Position numbers and translations under genes: made by a program
Notes under the pieces: model-generated
Databases searched by the model: none
Told to the model about the DNA's origin: nothing
The model's input: only the letters and a program-made list of their open reading frames with translations
Assembly (NCBI GenBank): GCA_039796295.1
Contig: JBDKJY010000002.1
Location: forward strand, 49,931-113,930
DNA length: 64,000 bases
Direction: 5' to 3'
Origin: Verrucomicrobiota bacterium
GTDB lineage: Bacteria; Verrucomicrobiota; Verrucomicrobiia; Limisphaerales; SXTU01
Shown here: positions 38,752-49,221 of the stretch, in pieces
Layout: each line of letters starts with the position of its first letter
How positions within the stretch are numbered: the first letter of the stretch is position 1

Positions 38752-39033
38752 ATGAAATCCTCCTACGAACTCGCGATGGAACGCCTGAGCAAACAAGCGC
38801 CCTCCGCCAAAGTAACCGCCGCGCAGAAGGCCGAACTGGCCGACCTCGACTCGCTCTACAAATCCAAAATCGCCGACCGCGAAATCCTCGTGAAAGGCCA
38901 GCTCCAGAAGGCCGCCGAGAAGGGCGACGCCGAGGCTTACGTGCAACTGGAGAAGCAGCTCGTCAGCGACCGCAAGACGCTGAATGCCGAGATGGAGGAA
39001 AAGAAGGAGCGCGTCCGCGCCGGGAAGAACTGA
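38752..39033 (+). CDS. Small conserved hypothetical helical protein
   Basis: MKSSYELAMERL..., host-like codon usage. Confidence 0.75.
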   Translation: MKSSYELAMERLSKQAPSAKVTAAQKAELADLDSLYKSKIADREILVKGQLQKAAEKGDAEAYVQLEKQLVSDRKTLNAEMEEKKERVRAGKN

Positions 39034-39134
39034 GGCAACACTCCTCGGCACTGACCGGCACTCACCCGCATTCCCATCAGCGCGGGTGAGTGCCGGTCAG
39101 GGATTCACAACCACTGCTGCAACTCGCCATTGGA

Positions 39135-40004
39135 ATGTCGTCCTCCACCCAGCCCGACAGCCTGCCACCCGTGCTGATCGCGCTGCGGTCGAACAAGCCG
39201 CTGCTCTACCTGCTCGCGGGCGGACTCGGCGGTGCGGCGGGGTCGGTGCTCGCGGAGTTCGCGCCCGATGGTGGGCGGGAGGCCTCGCCGGCGGCGCTCA
39301 TCATCACCGTCGGACTTTGGTCGGCGATTGCGGCGAGCGTCCTGGCCACGGCGCTGTTTGCGGCCGGCGAGTGGCACCAACGGCGCGACCTGCGGCCCCG
39401 CAACGTTCAGAAAATCCTCTTGTTTGGCGCGCTCGCCGGCTTGTTGTCCGGAGCGGCGGCGCAGGCGGCCTACTCGGTGCAAGTTGGCTCTGCAACCTTC
39501 CACGCCGTCGTCGTCCGCACGGTCTGCTGGGCTTTCATGGGCGCTTTGCTCGGCGCGTTGCTGTCGCGGCCGGTGCCGAACTTGGGTCTGGTGCGCGGGC
39601 TGATTGCGGGCGCTGTGGGCGGGGGCTTGGGTGGCGTTTGCTTCCTGCTGGTTGGGCGCGTGTTGCCGGATGCCATCGGGCGGCTGGTGGGCCTCGGCAC
39701 GCTGGGGCTGGCACTCGGGCTGGCGATGATTGTGGTCGAAAGGCTCTTCCGCGAAGCGAGCCTCGAAGTCATCTGGGCACCGAACGAGACGACGAACTTC
39801 AACCTCGGCGCGCAGGCGGTGACCATCGGCGGGGGTGAGGATCATGTGTTCGTGCGCGGGTTGCCGCCGCGCTTCGCCAGCGTCGCGTTCCGCAACGGCC
39901 TCATCGAATACGTCGAGACGGCCACGGGCAAACGCACGCCGCTCAAGGACGGCAGCCGCCTGGAGATCGGCAAGCTGAACCTCGTCATCCACGCGGCGAG
40001 ATGA
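39135..40004 (+). CDS. Multi-pass Gly-rich membrane protein with C-terminal FHA-like beta domain
   Basis: About 6 Gly-rich TM helices; C-terminal VTIGG...PLKDGSRLEIG. Confidence 0.65.
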   Translation: MSSSTQPDSLPPVLIALRSNKPLLYLLAGGLGGAAGSVLAEFAPDGGREASPAALIITVGLWSAIAASVLATALFAAGEWHQRRDLRPRNVQKILLFGALAGLLSGAAAQAAYSVQVGSATFHAVVVRTVCWAFMGALLGALLSRPVPNLGLVRGLIAGAVGGGLGGVCFLLVGRVLPDAIGRLVGLGTLGLALGLAMIVVERLFREASLEVIWAPNETTNFNLGAQAVTIGGGEDHVFVRGLPPRFASVAFRNGLIEYVETATGKRTPLKDGSRLEIGKLNLVIHAAR

Positions 40005-41113
40005 GCGGCCTGCCCCCTGCCCCGTCGACTCCCCACAAAGCCCGCTGGCTCGTGCTGGCTTTCGTGCTCGCACTCTCCGGCTTCACCTTCCTCTGCTGGC
40101 GCGATGCTAGCCGCCCTCCGGTTCGCTCGGTTGCTGGCGGCACGTTCGTCGGACGCGACGTGGATGGGCGGCTGGTGTATGTGAACCTCTTCGAGCTGGA
40201 CTACGCGGATAGCCGCGCCCCGGGTTGGCACGGCTGGCTGTATCGCGAAGGACACGGACAAGCCCTCGTGTTTTGGACCACGAACCGCGCGCACCCGTGG
40301 CGCGAGAAAACTTACGCGCGCGAACCCGAGGACGCGCCGGAGCTGCCCGCGACCTTCGTCGCCTCCACGGCCGACCCGCGCCAGTTGACGGCCACACTCC
40401 CTCGCCTTGCCTCCTGGGGTAATGACACGGCGAGCCTGACGCGGCAGTTCGAGCATCTGAGCTTTCGGCGGCGTGCCGGGATTCGGCTGGGTCGGGTCGG
40501 CGGCACGCAGGAATTCGCAGCGCAGTTTCCCCGCCTGCCGGAGACGAATGCGTTTGTCGCGGCGGTGAACCGCGAAGTCATCGCACAGTGCGAGACCGAC
40601 GCGGCTGCGGTCGCCAGCGAGGCGTTCAGCTTTTGGAAAGACATGCTCCGCGAGCGGCAATTGCCCGGCTTCAACGAATATGAATTCACGGCCAATTGGC
40701 AGCTCCGCCTACTGACGACGAACCTCGCGAGCTTCTCCGTGTGTGGCCACGAGCAGACCGGCGGCAACGGCAACCACTCACACTGGCGCGGTGCGAACTT
40801 CATCGCGGGAGGCGACGGCCTGCGGGTCTTGGCGCTGGCAGATTTGTTCCGGGAGAGCTCCCACTGGCTGACCGAGCTGCGGACGCGGTGTGTGCCGAAA
40901 CTGAAGGCCATCAGCGCCCCGCGCCCGAAGGCCGTGCTGGACAAGGATGTGGAGCTCGACGTTTTCACCCTCTCGCCCACCGGTCTGCAAATTTACTTCA
41001 ACCCCTACGCCATCGCCTCGGGCGCGGACGGCGAGTTCGTCGTCCACTTTGACTACGGCGAGCTGAAGGACTTGCTGCGGACGGACGGCCCGGCCCAGTT
41101 CCTGCCGCGCTGA
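40001..41113 (+). CDS. RsiV/DUF3298-like exported protein
   Basis: N-terminal TM; TGGNGNH, LADLF, FTLSPTGLQIYFNPYAIASGADG. Confidence 0.7.
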   Translation: MSGLPPAPSTPHKARWLVLAFVLALSGFTFLCWRDASRPPVRSVAGGTFVGRDVDGRLVYVNLFELDYADSRAPGWHGWLYREGHGQALVFWTTNRAHPWREKTYAREPEDAPELPATFVASTADPRQLTATLPRLASWGNDTASLTRQFEHLSFRRRAGIRLGRVGGTQEFAAQFPRLPETNAFVAAVNREVIAQCETDAAAVASEAFSFWKDMLRERQLPGFNEYEFTANWQLRLLTTNLASFSVCGHEQTGGNGNHSHWRGANFIAGGDGLRVLALADLFRESSHWLTELRTRCVPKLKAISAPRPKAVLDKDVELDVFTLSPTGLQIYFNPYAIASGADGEFVVHFDYGELKDLLRTDGPAQFLPR

Positions 41114-41224
41114 ATTGTTCCGGCTTCGAGCGTCGCCCCGTTAGTCACTACCGCGTTCTCCGGTCAGCCGAGGCCCCGCACCAGCGCGGCCCTGGCGAGC
41201 CGGACAAGTCCCGTGTAGATCTGT

Positions 41225-41938
41225 TCACTTCGGCACCGATTGCTGCCCGCGTAACTCGACGGCGAAGTCGGCCCACCGCGCATCCAACGACTTGCCGGTC
41301 GCGGACTGAAACAGCTCGGGGGAATACTTCCGTTGGCGCAAGGCGGCGTTCAGTTTGGTGACGAGCTTGGGGCCATGTTGCTGTTCCACCCACGCGAGGA
41401 ACATGGCCGTGGTCTTGTCGGCGTCGCGGTGGCTGGCCTTGTCGGGGTTGAGGCGCGGTCGGCTCGAAGTGCACGAGGCGGAGGTAGTCCGCAATGCCCT
41501 CGACCAGCCAGCCGGACCCGCCCGGCGGATACGACTGCACGACATGCGTCAGTTCGTGGACCACCATGCCCCAGTCGTTCGTGTGCCCACGCACGTAACC
41601 CGCCGCAAAGTCGATGACGTTACCGCTGGCGGCTGCGACGCCCTTCATGTCCGCGCGGAACCGGAGCGTCACCTGCTCCGGCGGGGTGAAGCCTTCGCTG
41701 GCAAGCAGGATGGAAACCTTCGGATACCAGTCGGCGCAGAGCTGCCCGGCGCGTTTGGCCCAGTCCGCCAAGTCCGGCGGCTCGTGCGCTTCGACCACGA
41801 TCTTCGCCAGCACCACGCCCGCGGCGTTGGTGGCCGGCCGTTCCAAACCCGGCGTGGGCTTCTCCTCTCCGCGCGCGCCGGAAACCGCAGCAGGTATGCG
41901 ATGACAGTGAGGGTGAAGATGGCTTGACTGGAGTTCAT
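41225..41938 (-). pseudogene. Basic secretory protein (BSP) family metallopeptidase, two frameshifts
   Basis: Signal peptide frame MNSSQAIFTL; HELTHVVQ..WLVEGIADY in a second frame; NPDKASH..TAMFLAWV..LNAALR in a third. Confidence 0.75.
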
Positions 41939-42249
41939 GGCGCGCAGCCACCTTGTCCGCAGCGGCGGGCGCAAACCAGGTCGCAGCCCAAGCCTGTCGA
42001 GCGCAAAGCCATTGGCATCGGCGGGCGCATCTAGCCCCGAACGACCCGGTCCAGAGCGCGGCCACCCTGTCCGCATGGCACGCACGGCGCTCGCTACGGG
42101 TGCTGCTCAACCGCCCTTTACCTCCCCGCGCCAAGGCGCTTTGGTGGGCCGCGCTTCGGGGACCAGTGGCAAGCTGCGCCAGGCACCGGGAGTCGAATCA
42201 TTTCCAAGTTGCAGTCGCCCGGGGGGCTTCCCAAGATGCGCGCATAGGC

Positions 42250-43734
42250 ATGAACAATCTCTCCTACATACTGGTGGTCGGCTTGCCAGTCTGGTTTGCG
42301 ATGGTGCTGCTGGGCCGGCAGTTACGCCAGCGGTGGGCCTTGCGCATGGGGGCTCCCTACCACTTCATCTGCATCGCAAACGCCGCGCTGGCGACGGCCT
42401 ACTTCATGAACCTGCGGGTGGACACGCACCGCGTGATCATCGGGGCGACGTTCATGATGGACTCGCTCCTCCTGCTGACCCTCTTCAACCGGTTTTACTG
42501 GGAGGGCTACTTCCAGAAGAAGCGGAACATGGTGGCCCCCCGCTTCTTCACGCACGCGACGCGTATCGTGGGCATCACCGCCGCCGTGCTGCTCATTCTC
42601 CAGTTCGTCTTCGAGGTGAAGGTCCCCGGCCTCTTCGCCAGCTTGGCGGGCGGCGGCGTGGTCATCGGCCTCGCACTGCGCCCGGTCATCTCCAACCTCA
42701 TCGCCGGCCTCACCATCCAGCTCGGCAAACCACTCAAGCAGGGCGACTGGCTGCTCATTGACAGCCGCCTCGCCGAGGTGATGGAACTCAACTGGCGCAC
42801 CACCCGGCTGCGCACCGTGGACCACACCTACCTGGAGATTCCCAATGTTGACCTCGTCAACAGCCACCTCCAAAACTACAGCTACCCCACCCCCATTCAC
42901 GCCGCGCGCCTCACCGTGCCGGTGGACTTCGAGGCACCGCCGAACAAGGTCCGCCGCATCCTCCTGCGCGCCACGGCGGACGTGGAAGGGGTCTTGAAAG
43001 ACCCGGCCCCCGAGGTCTTCCTCAAGGACTTCGGCGAAAACGCCGCCGTTTACGAGATCAAGTTCTGGATCGAGCGTGACGCCCGGCAGGACAACATCGC
43101 CGACGGCATCCGCACCGACGCTTGGTATGAACTCCGCCGCGCCGGCTTCAGCATCCCGCTGCCGCAACGCGTCGTCCACTACGAACGCCCCACCGACGAA
43201 CACGACGCCCAGACCAAACTCATCACCGACATCTTGGGGCGGAACATGATCTTTGGCGTCCTCAATGAAGAGCAGCGCAGCAAACTCGTCGTCGGTGCCC
43301 GCACCGAGCTCTTCGGTAAGGGCGAGCGGATCTTCCGCCAGGGCGAGGAAGGCGGGGCCCTCTACGTCGTCGTCGACGGCGAGGCCGACGTCTTTGTGCA
43401 GCAGGACGGCCACGACACCCGCGTCAACGTCGTGCATCGCGGCGACTGTCTCGGCGAGATTTCCCTGCTCACCGGCGAGAAACTCAGCGCCACCGTCCAC
43501 GCCACCCGCGACTGCGAAGTCGTCCTCATCCCCCGCGAACGCATGGCCGAAGTCCTCCGCGAGTCCCCCGAGTTGGTCGAGAAACTCAGCGAAATCCTCG
43601 CCCTCCGCCGCCTCGAAACGGAAGTCGTTCTCGCCGAATCCCAGTCCCAGCGCAGCCGCGACGTCGTGCCCCTGAGCCAGGAAGAATACGCCAACGACTT
43701 CCTCAACAAGATGAAGGACTTCTTCTCCGTCTGA
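42250..43734 (+). CDS. MscS-family mechanosensitive channel with C-terminal cyclic-nucleotide-binding domain
   Basis: IGLAL..ISNLIAG, GDW, IPN; IFRQGEEG..LYVVVDG, GEISLLTG. Confidence 0.9.
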   Translation: MNNLSYILVVGLPVWFAMVLLGRQLRQRWALRMGAPYHFICIANAALATAYFMNLRVDTHRVIIGATFMMDSLLLLTLFNRFYWEGYFQKKRNMVAPRFFTHATRIVGITAAVLLILQFVFEVKVPGLFASLAGGGVVIGLALRPVISNLIAGLTIQLGKPLKQGDWLLIDSRLAEVMELNWRTTRLRTVDHTYLEIPNVDLVNSHLQNYSYPTPIHAARLTVPVDFEAPPNKVRRILLRATADVEGVLKDPAPEVFLKDFGENAAVYEIKFWIERDARQDNIADGIRTDAWYELRRAGFSIPLPQRVVHYERPTDEHDAQTKLITDILGRNMIFGVLNEEQRSKLVVGARTELFGKGERIFRQGEEGGALYVVVDGEADVFVQQDGHDTRVNVVHRGDCLGEISLLTGEKLSATVHATRDCEVVLIPRERMAEVLRESPELVEKLSEILALRRLETEVVLAESQSQRSRDVVPLSQEEYANDFLNKMKDFFSV

Positions 43735-43798
43735 CCGCGCCCGTCCGCCCCAAACTGTGAAGAATCCCCCGCCTCCAAGCCGCCTGAGCGCTCGCCAC

Positions 43799-46126
43799 AT
43801 GATCGCTTTCAAAGACTACAGCTCGGTTGCAGCACTGGCGTTCCGGGCCGGCCTGCTCCTCCTCAGCCTTTGGCTGACCCCGCCTGCGTTTGCCGCGCCG
43901 TTTTCACTCTTCTCTCGCAAGCCCGACGGCCCGGCCATCTACAAGCAGCAATGCGTCAAGTGCCACGGCCCCGCCGGCGAGGGCGTGAAGGGCAAATACA
44001 ACGACCCGCTCGTCGGCGACTGGTCGGTCGAGAAACTCACGCGCTACATCGCCAAAACCATGCCGGAGGACAAACCCGGCTCTTGCACCGGCCCGCACGC
44101 CGTCGCCGTCGCGCGCTACATCCACGACACGTTTTACTCGCGCGAGGCCCGGGCCAAGACCCAGCCCGCGCGCGTCGAGCTGGTTCGCCTCACGAACCGC
44201 CAGCACTTGCTCGCCGTCGCCGACCTGTTTCGCGTGAGCGAGGAGCCGAAGGTCACGCCGGGCAAAGGCCTGGCCGTGGTCGGCTACAAGTCGCGCACCA
44301 TCCGACGCGAGGACAAGTCGCTGGAACGCAACGATGGCAAGATTGAGTTCGACTTCGGAAAAAACCGCCCGGCGTGGGCCGGTGAAGGCACGAACGGTTT
44401 CGCGTTGAACTGGACCGGCTCCGTCATCGCCGACGAGTCGGGCGACTACGAGTTCGTGGTAAAGACCGCCAACGGCATCCGGCTCTGGGTCAACGACGAC
44501 GACAAGCCGCTCATCGACGGCTCGGTCTCGTCCTTCAAGGGCGTCGAGCACACGGCCACGCTGCGGCTCATCGGCGGACGCGCGTATCCGCTGCGGCTGG
44601 AGTTTTTCAAGACTTCGCGCGACCCGCTGGCAAACGTCACGCTCCTCTGGCAGCCGCCGCACGGTGCGCGGCAGGTCATTCCCGCGCGCAACCTCGCGCC
44701 CGAGCGCGCCGCCGCCTCCTTCATCATCGCCACACCGTTCCCCGCCGACGACAGCAGCGTGGGCTACGAACGCGGCGTGTCCGTGTCCAAGGAATGGGAC
44801 GAGGCCGTCACGCATGTGGCCATCGAAGTCGCAACCTACGTCGCGAAGAATCTCGACCGGCTCACTCGCAGCAAGCCCAACGACAAGGACCGCGCCGCCA
44901 AGGTCGAGACCTTCTGCGCGGACTTGGTCGCGAAGGCTTACCGCCGTCCGCTGACCGAGGAGCAAAAGAATCTCTTCGTCACCCTTCCGCTGCGCAGCGC
45001 TACGAAACCCGAGGACGGCGTGAAGCGCGTCGTGCTCCTCACGCTCAAGTCACCGCGCTTCCTGTATCTCGGCATCGCGGGTGCGCAGCCAGATGACTTC
45101 ACCGTCGCCGAGCGGCTGTCGTTTGGCCTGTGGGATTCGTTGCCCGATGCCGCGCTGATGAAGACTGCTGCGGACGGCAAGTTGCACACGCGCGAGCAAG
45201 TCACCGAGCAGGCGCGCCGCATGTTGGCCGACGCACGCACGCGCGGGAAAATGCAGTATTTCCTCCACCGCTGGCTCCAGATGAACCACATCGAGGACCT
45301 GACCAAGGACCCGAATCTCTTCCCCGGCTTCACGCCCGAAATCATTTCCGACCTCCGCACGTCGCTGAACCTCTTCCTCGACGACGTGATTTGGACCGAG
45401 TCCTCCGACTACCGTCGCCTGCTGCTGGAGGATGACTTCTTCGTGAACACCCGCCTTGCGCAGTTCTACGGCATCAGCACCAACGCCACCGAGGACTTCG
45501 TCCGCGTGCAGCTCGACCCGAAGCAACGCTCCGGCGTCATCACGCATCCCTACCTGCTCGCGGCCTTCTCCTACAACAAGTCCACCTCGCCCATCCATCG
45601 CGGCGTGTTCCTCACCCGTAACATCGTGGGCCGCGCGCTGCGCCCGCCGCCGATGGCGATTGCTTTCAAGGACGGCGACTTCAAGCCCGGCATGAGCATG
45701 CGCGAAAAAATCACCGAGCTGACCCGCTCGCAGGCCTGCCAGAGCTGCCACTCCGTCATCAACCCGCTCGGCTTTAGCCTGGAAAACTTCGACGCCGTGG
45801 GCCGCTTCCGCGACACGGATGGCAACCGGCCCATCAACGCCAACGCCGACTACACCACCGACGACGGCGGCATCGTCCGCCTCAAGGGCGCGCGCGATGT
45901 CGCCGAGTTCGCCGTGAAGAGTGAGCACGCGCACAACGCGTTCATCGAACAGCTCTTCAGCCAGGTCGTGAAGCAGCCGATGCTCGCCTACGGGCCGGAG
46001 GTGTTGAACCAGTTGCGCCTTTCCTTCGTCCAGTCCGGGTATAACGTCCAGAAGCTGATCGTGGACATCGCGACGGTGTCCGCGTTGCAGGGACTCGAAG
46101 CGCCAGCCAACAGCACCAAAAAGTAA
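43799..46126 (+). CDS. DUF1592/DUF1588 protein with cytochrome c and PA14 domains
   Basis: CVKCHG, PA14 (WTG, GIRLWVN), [27 protein letters not shown]. Confidence 0.88.
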   Translation: MIAFKDYSSVAALAFRAGLLLLSLWLTPPAFAAPFSLFSRKPDGPAIYKQQCVKCHGPAGEGVKGKYNDPLVGDWSVEKLTRYIAKTMPEDKPGSCTGPHAVAVARYIHDTFYSREARAKTQPARVELVRLTNRQHLLAVADLFRVSEEPKVTPGKGLAVVGYKSRTIRREDKSLERNDGKIEFDFGKNRPAWAGEGTNGFALNWTGSVIADESGDYEFVVKTANGIRLWVNDDDKPLIDGSVSSFKGVEHTATLRLIGGRAYPLRLEFFKTSRDPLANVTLLWQPPHGARQVIPARNLAPERAAASFIIATPFPADDSSVGYERGVSVSKEWDEAVTHVAIEVATYVAKNLDRLTRSKPNDKDRAAKVETFCADLVAKAYRRPLTEEQKNLFVTLPLRSATKPEDGVKRVVLLTLKSPRFLYLGIAGAQPDDFTVAERLSFGLWDSLPDAALMKTAADGKLHTREQVTEQARRMLADARTRGKMQYFLHRWLQMNHIEDLTKDPNLFPGFTPEIISDLRTSLNLFLDDVIWTESSDYRRLLLEDDFFVNTRLAQFYGISTNATEDFVRVQLDPKQRSGVITHPYLLAAFSYNKSTSPIHRGVFLTRNIVGRALRPPPMAIAFKDGDFKPGMSMREKITELTRSQACQSCHSVINPLGFSLENFDAVGRFRDTDGNRPINANADYTTDDGGIVRLKGARDVAEFAVKSEHAHNAFIEQLFSQVVKQPMLAYGPEVLNQLRLSFVQSGYNVQKLIVDIATVSALQGLEAPANSTKK

Positions 46127-46128
46127 TC

Positions 46129-47442
46129 ATGAACGCCCTCCATCGCCGCACATTCCTCAAACAGGCTGGCCTCTCCGCCGCCACGCTGCCGTTCATCACC
46201 GGCCTGCCCAGCCTCGGCCTTGCCGCGCCCGCGCGCCCACGCCAGCGGCTGGTGTTCATGTTCAGCCCCAACGGCACCATCCCGGCCGCCTACTGGCCCG
46301 ATGCCACCGGCACCGATTTCCAGCTCAAGGAAATCATGACGCCGCTCGCGGACTTTAAGGACCGCATGCTCGTCCTCAACGGCGTTTACAACAAAGTCAA
46401 AGGCGACGGCGACAGCCACATGCGCGGCATGAGCTGCCTGCTCACGGGCATTGAGCTGTTCCCCGGCAACATCATGGGCGGGGGCGGCGCGCCAGCCGGC
46501 TGGGCCAGCGGCATCTCCATCGATCAGGAGATCAAGAACTACCTGCAGAGCAAGGATGACACCCGCACCCGCTTCGGCTCGCTGGAATTCGGCGTCGGCG
46601 TCACCGACCGCGCTGATCCCTGGACGCGCATGAGCTACGCCGGCGCGAACAAGCCCGTCGCGCCCATCTCCGATCCCTACCAGATGTATGAGAAGCTCTA
46701 CGGGCAGATGAAGGATAAGGAGAACCTCCAGAGCGTCCTCGACACCGTGAAGGGCGACCTACAGAAGGTCGGCAAGCTCATCAGCGCCGCAGACCGCCGC
46801 CTGCTGGAAGAGCACCAAGCCCTCGTCCGCCAGATGGAGCAGGAAATCGCCACCGCCAAGCAGCAGAAGCTCCGCGCCGCGCCGCCCGCCTTGGGCGAAG
46901 GCGTCGCCGACCAGAACGACAACTTGCCGCGCCTGAGCCGGATGCAGATTGACCTGCTCGTCAACAGCTTCGTCAACGACATGGCCCGCGTGGCCACGCT
47001 GCAGTTCACCAAGTCCGTCGGCATGGCGCGCATGAACTGGCTCGACATCAAGGACGGCCACCACTCCCTCTCGCACGAGCCGGACGGCAACGCCGACGCG
47101 GTCGCCAAGCTCACCAAGATCAACAAGTGGTTCGCCGGGGAACTGGCCTACCTCGTCCAGAAGCTCTCCACCACACCCGAGCCGGGCGGCGAGGGCATGA
47201 TGCTGGATAACACGCTCATCGTGTGGACCAACGAGCTGGGCAAGGGCAACTCGCACACGCTGGACAACATCCCGTGCCTGCTCGTCGGCGGAGCGCCCGG
47301 CTTCACGATGGGCCGCTCGCTCAAGCTGGACAAGGTCGCGCACAACCGTCTGCACCTTGCCCTCGCCCACGCCATGGGCCACCGCCTCGAAACCTTCGGC
47401 AAAGCCTCCCTCTGCGACGGCGGCCCGCTGAAGCTGGGGTGA
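46129..47442 (+). CDS. DUF1552 domain protein (Tat substrate)
   Basis: RRTFLK; FSPNG, SIDQ, HHSLSH, LDNTLI; usual partner of DUF1592. Confidence 0.88.
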   Translation: MNALHRRTFLKQAGLSAATLPFITGLPSLGLAAPARPRQRLVFMFSPNGTIPAAYWPDATGTDFQLKEIMTPLADFKDRMLVLNGVYNKVKGDGDSHMRGMSCLLTGIELFPGNIMGGGGAPAGWASGISIDQEIKNYLQSKDDTRTRFGSLEFGVGVTDRADPWTRMSYAGANKPVAPISDPYQMYEKLYGQMKDKENLQSVLDTVKGDLQKVGKLISAADRRLLEEHQALVRQMEQEIATAKQQKLRAAPPALGEGVADQNDNLPRLSRMQIDLLVNSFVNDMARVATLQFTKSVGMARMNWLDIKDGHHSLSHEPDGNADAVAKLTKINKWFAGELAYLVQKLSTTPEPGGEGMMLDNTLIVWTNELGKGNSHTLDNIPCLLVGGAPGFTMGRSLKLDKVAHNRLHLALAHAMGHRLETFGKASLCDGGPLKLG

Positions 47443-47582
47443 CCGAGTTTGGCACCTCCGAAGGACGCTCGGTTGCGTAGTTTCGGATCTTTGCATCGTT
47501 CCGGCGGAGGGGTGCCTTTGAGCGCGCGGTTTGAGTGTCCGCCCGCTTGCCAAGCGTTGGCCCTCCCCGCAGCATCCCGCAC

Positions 47583-48068
47583 ATGGATTTTCGGGACAAA
47601 ATCATTCCCCTCGCCAGCGTTGCGGCGTGGCGCGAGCGGGTGCGGGTGGCGGGCCAACGGCTCGTTGTGACGAACGGCTGCTTTGACATCCTCCACGCCG
47701 GACACGTCACCTACCTCGCGGCGGCGCGGGCGCTGGGGGATGTGTTGCTTGTCGGCTTGAACAGCGATGCCTCGGTGCGGGCGCTCAAGGGCGCGGGCCG
47801 TCCGGTGAACCCCGAGCAGGACCGCGCCACGGTGCTCGCCGCGCTCGCGGCGGTGGACGGCGTGTGTCTCTTCGAGGAAGTGGACGCGCTGCGCCTGCTG
47901 GCCGAGGTGAAGCCCGACATCTACGCGAAGGGCGGCGACTACACCCTCGACACCATCAACCAGCCCGAGCGCCAGCTCATTGAGAGCTTCGGCGGCAAGG
48001 TCGTCATCCTTCCCGGCGTGCCCGGTCGTTCTACAAGCAACGTGCTGGCGAAGATTGCCAGGGGGTGA
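47583..48068 (+). CDS. rfaE2: D-glycero-beta-D-manno-heptose 1-phosphate adenylyltransferase
   Basis: TNGCFDILHAGH, GLNSDASV, KGGDY, RSTS. Confidence 0.92.
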   Translation: MDFRDKIIPLASVAAWRERVRVAGQRLVVTNGCFDILHAGHVTYLAAARALGDVLLVGLNSDASVRALKGAGRPVNPEQDRATVLAALAAVDGVCLFEEVDALRLLAEVKPDIYAKGGDYTLDTINQPERQLIESFGGKVVILPGVPGRSTSNVLAKIARG

Positions 48069-48181
48069 GCGTGCTGGCGACTTGCAGTCGCTGGCGGTTA
48101 GGCTGGGGCAAGTGGCGGTATCTGGAAGTAGCCGGCACCACACAACATTGTCCCGCTTGACGCTTCCGCTACAGTCCGCGC

Positions 48182-49135
48182 GTGGGCAGCAACGCCAGCC
48201 AGACTTTCACCGAGCGACCCTTCTGGGCCGCACTGCCCGGGGCTTGGCAGCCGCTGTGCGGCAGCTTCGGCGGCCTGGGCTGGAGCTTCGAGTGGCACGA
48301 CTTCGAGTCGGCGACGCGCGTGGAGTGGGGGAAGAGCTTTCACCCGCAAGGGCTGGAGGTCTGCCTGAACTTGGCGGGCACGGGGCGGCTCGTGACCAAA
48401 AAGGGGGAACTGGACGTGCGCCCGGAATCAGCCGCGCTCTACCTCTGCGGCGATGCGCCGGTGAACGCTTGGCGTGAAGCCGGGCAGCGGCACCAATTCC
48501 TGACGGCGGAGTTCAGCGTGGACTTCTTGCGTCGCAATTTGCCGCGCGGCATCGGGCAGGTGCGGCCCTTCGTGCAGCGCATCCTCGACGCGAAGAAGCC
48601 TGCCTCTGCTGTGGAAGCCTGCTTGCCGTTGACGCCCCGGCTGCGGCTGCTGGTGGCGGCGTTGCGGTCGCCGCCGGTCAGCGGCGCGGCGCGGACGATG
48701 TGGTTCACGGCGAAGGTTTATGAAGTGGCGGCGGAACTCTTCTTTGACCACACGGCGGAGGAGACGCTCTTCTGCACGCGGCAGACCCACGTGGCGCAGG
48801 AGCGCGTGGAGAAGGCGGCCGCGCTCGTGCGCGCGCACTTCGCCGAACCGCTGACGCTGGAGGAACTCGGCCAGCGCGTCGGGTGCAGTCCGTTCTACCT
48901 GAGCCGCACGTTCTCGGAGCAGATGGGCATGACGCTGACGCAGTTTCTCCGGCAAGTGCGGCTGGAGCGCGCGGCGGAGCTGCTGCGCTCCGGCAAGTTC
49001 AACGTGACGCAGGCTGCGCTTGAGGTCGGCTACTCCAGCGTCGGGCATTTCAGCACGGCGTTCCACGAGACGTTCGGCTGCTGCCCGGGGCTCTATCCGC
49101 TCCAGATGCCGGCGCAGCGGTCGGACAAGGAGTGA
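48182..49135 (+). CDS. AraC family transcriptional regulator
   Basis: C-terminal double HTH: LSRTF...RLERAAELL...VGYSS..HFSTAF. Confidence 0.9.
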   Translation: MGSNASQTFTERPFWAALPGAWQPLCGSFGGLGWSFEWHDFESATRVEWGKSFHPQGLEVCLNLAGTGRLVTKKGELDVRPESAALYLCGDAPVNAWREAGQRHQFLTAEFSVDFLRRNLPRGIGQVRPFVQRILDAKKPASAVEACLPLTPRLRLLVAALRSPPVSGAARTMWFTAKVYEVAAELFFDHTAEETLFCTRQTHVAQERVEKAAALVRAHFAEPLTLEELGQRVGCSPFYLSRTFSEQMGMTLTQFLRQVRLERAAELLRSGKFNVTQAALEVGYSSVGHFSTAFHETFGCCPGLYPLQMPAQRSDKE

Positions 49136-49221
49136 CGTGCCGAAGCAGGCGCAAGTCGGCGCAAACTTTCCGCAAGCCGACGGAAGCAGCGTGGCCAAGC
49201 GCCCCGCACACTGCCACCGTC

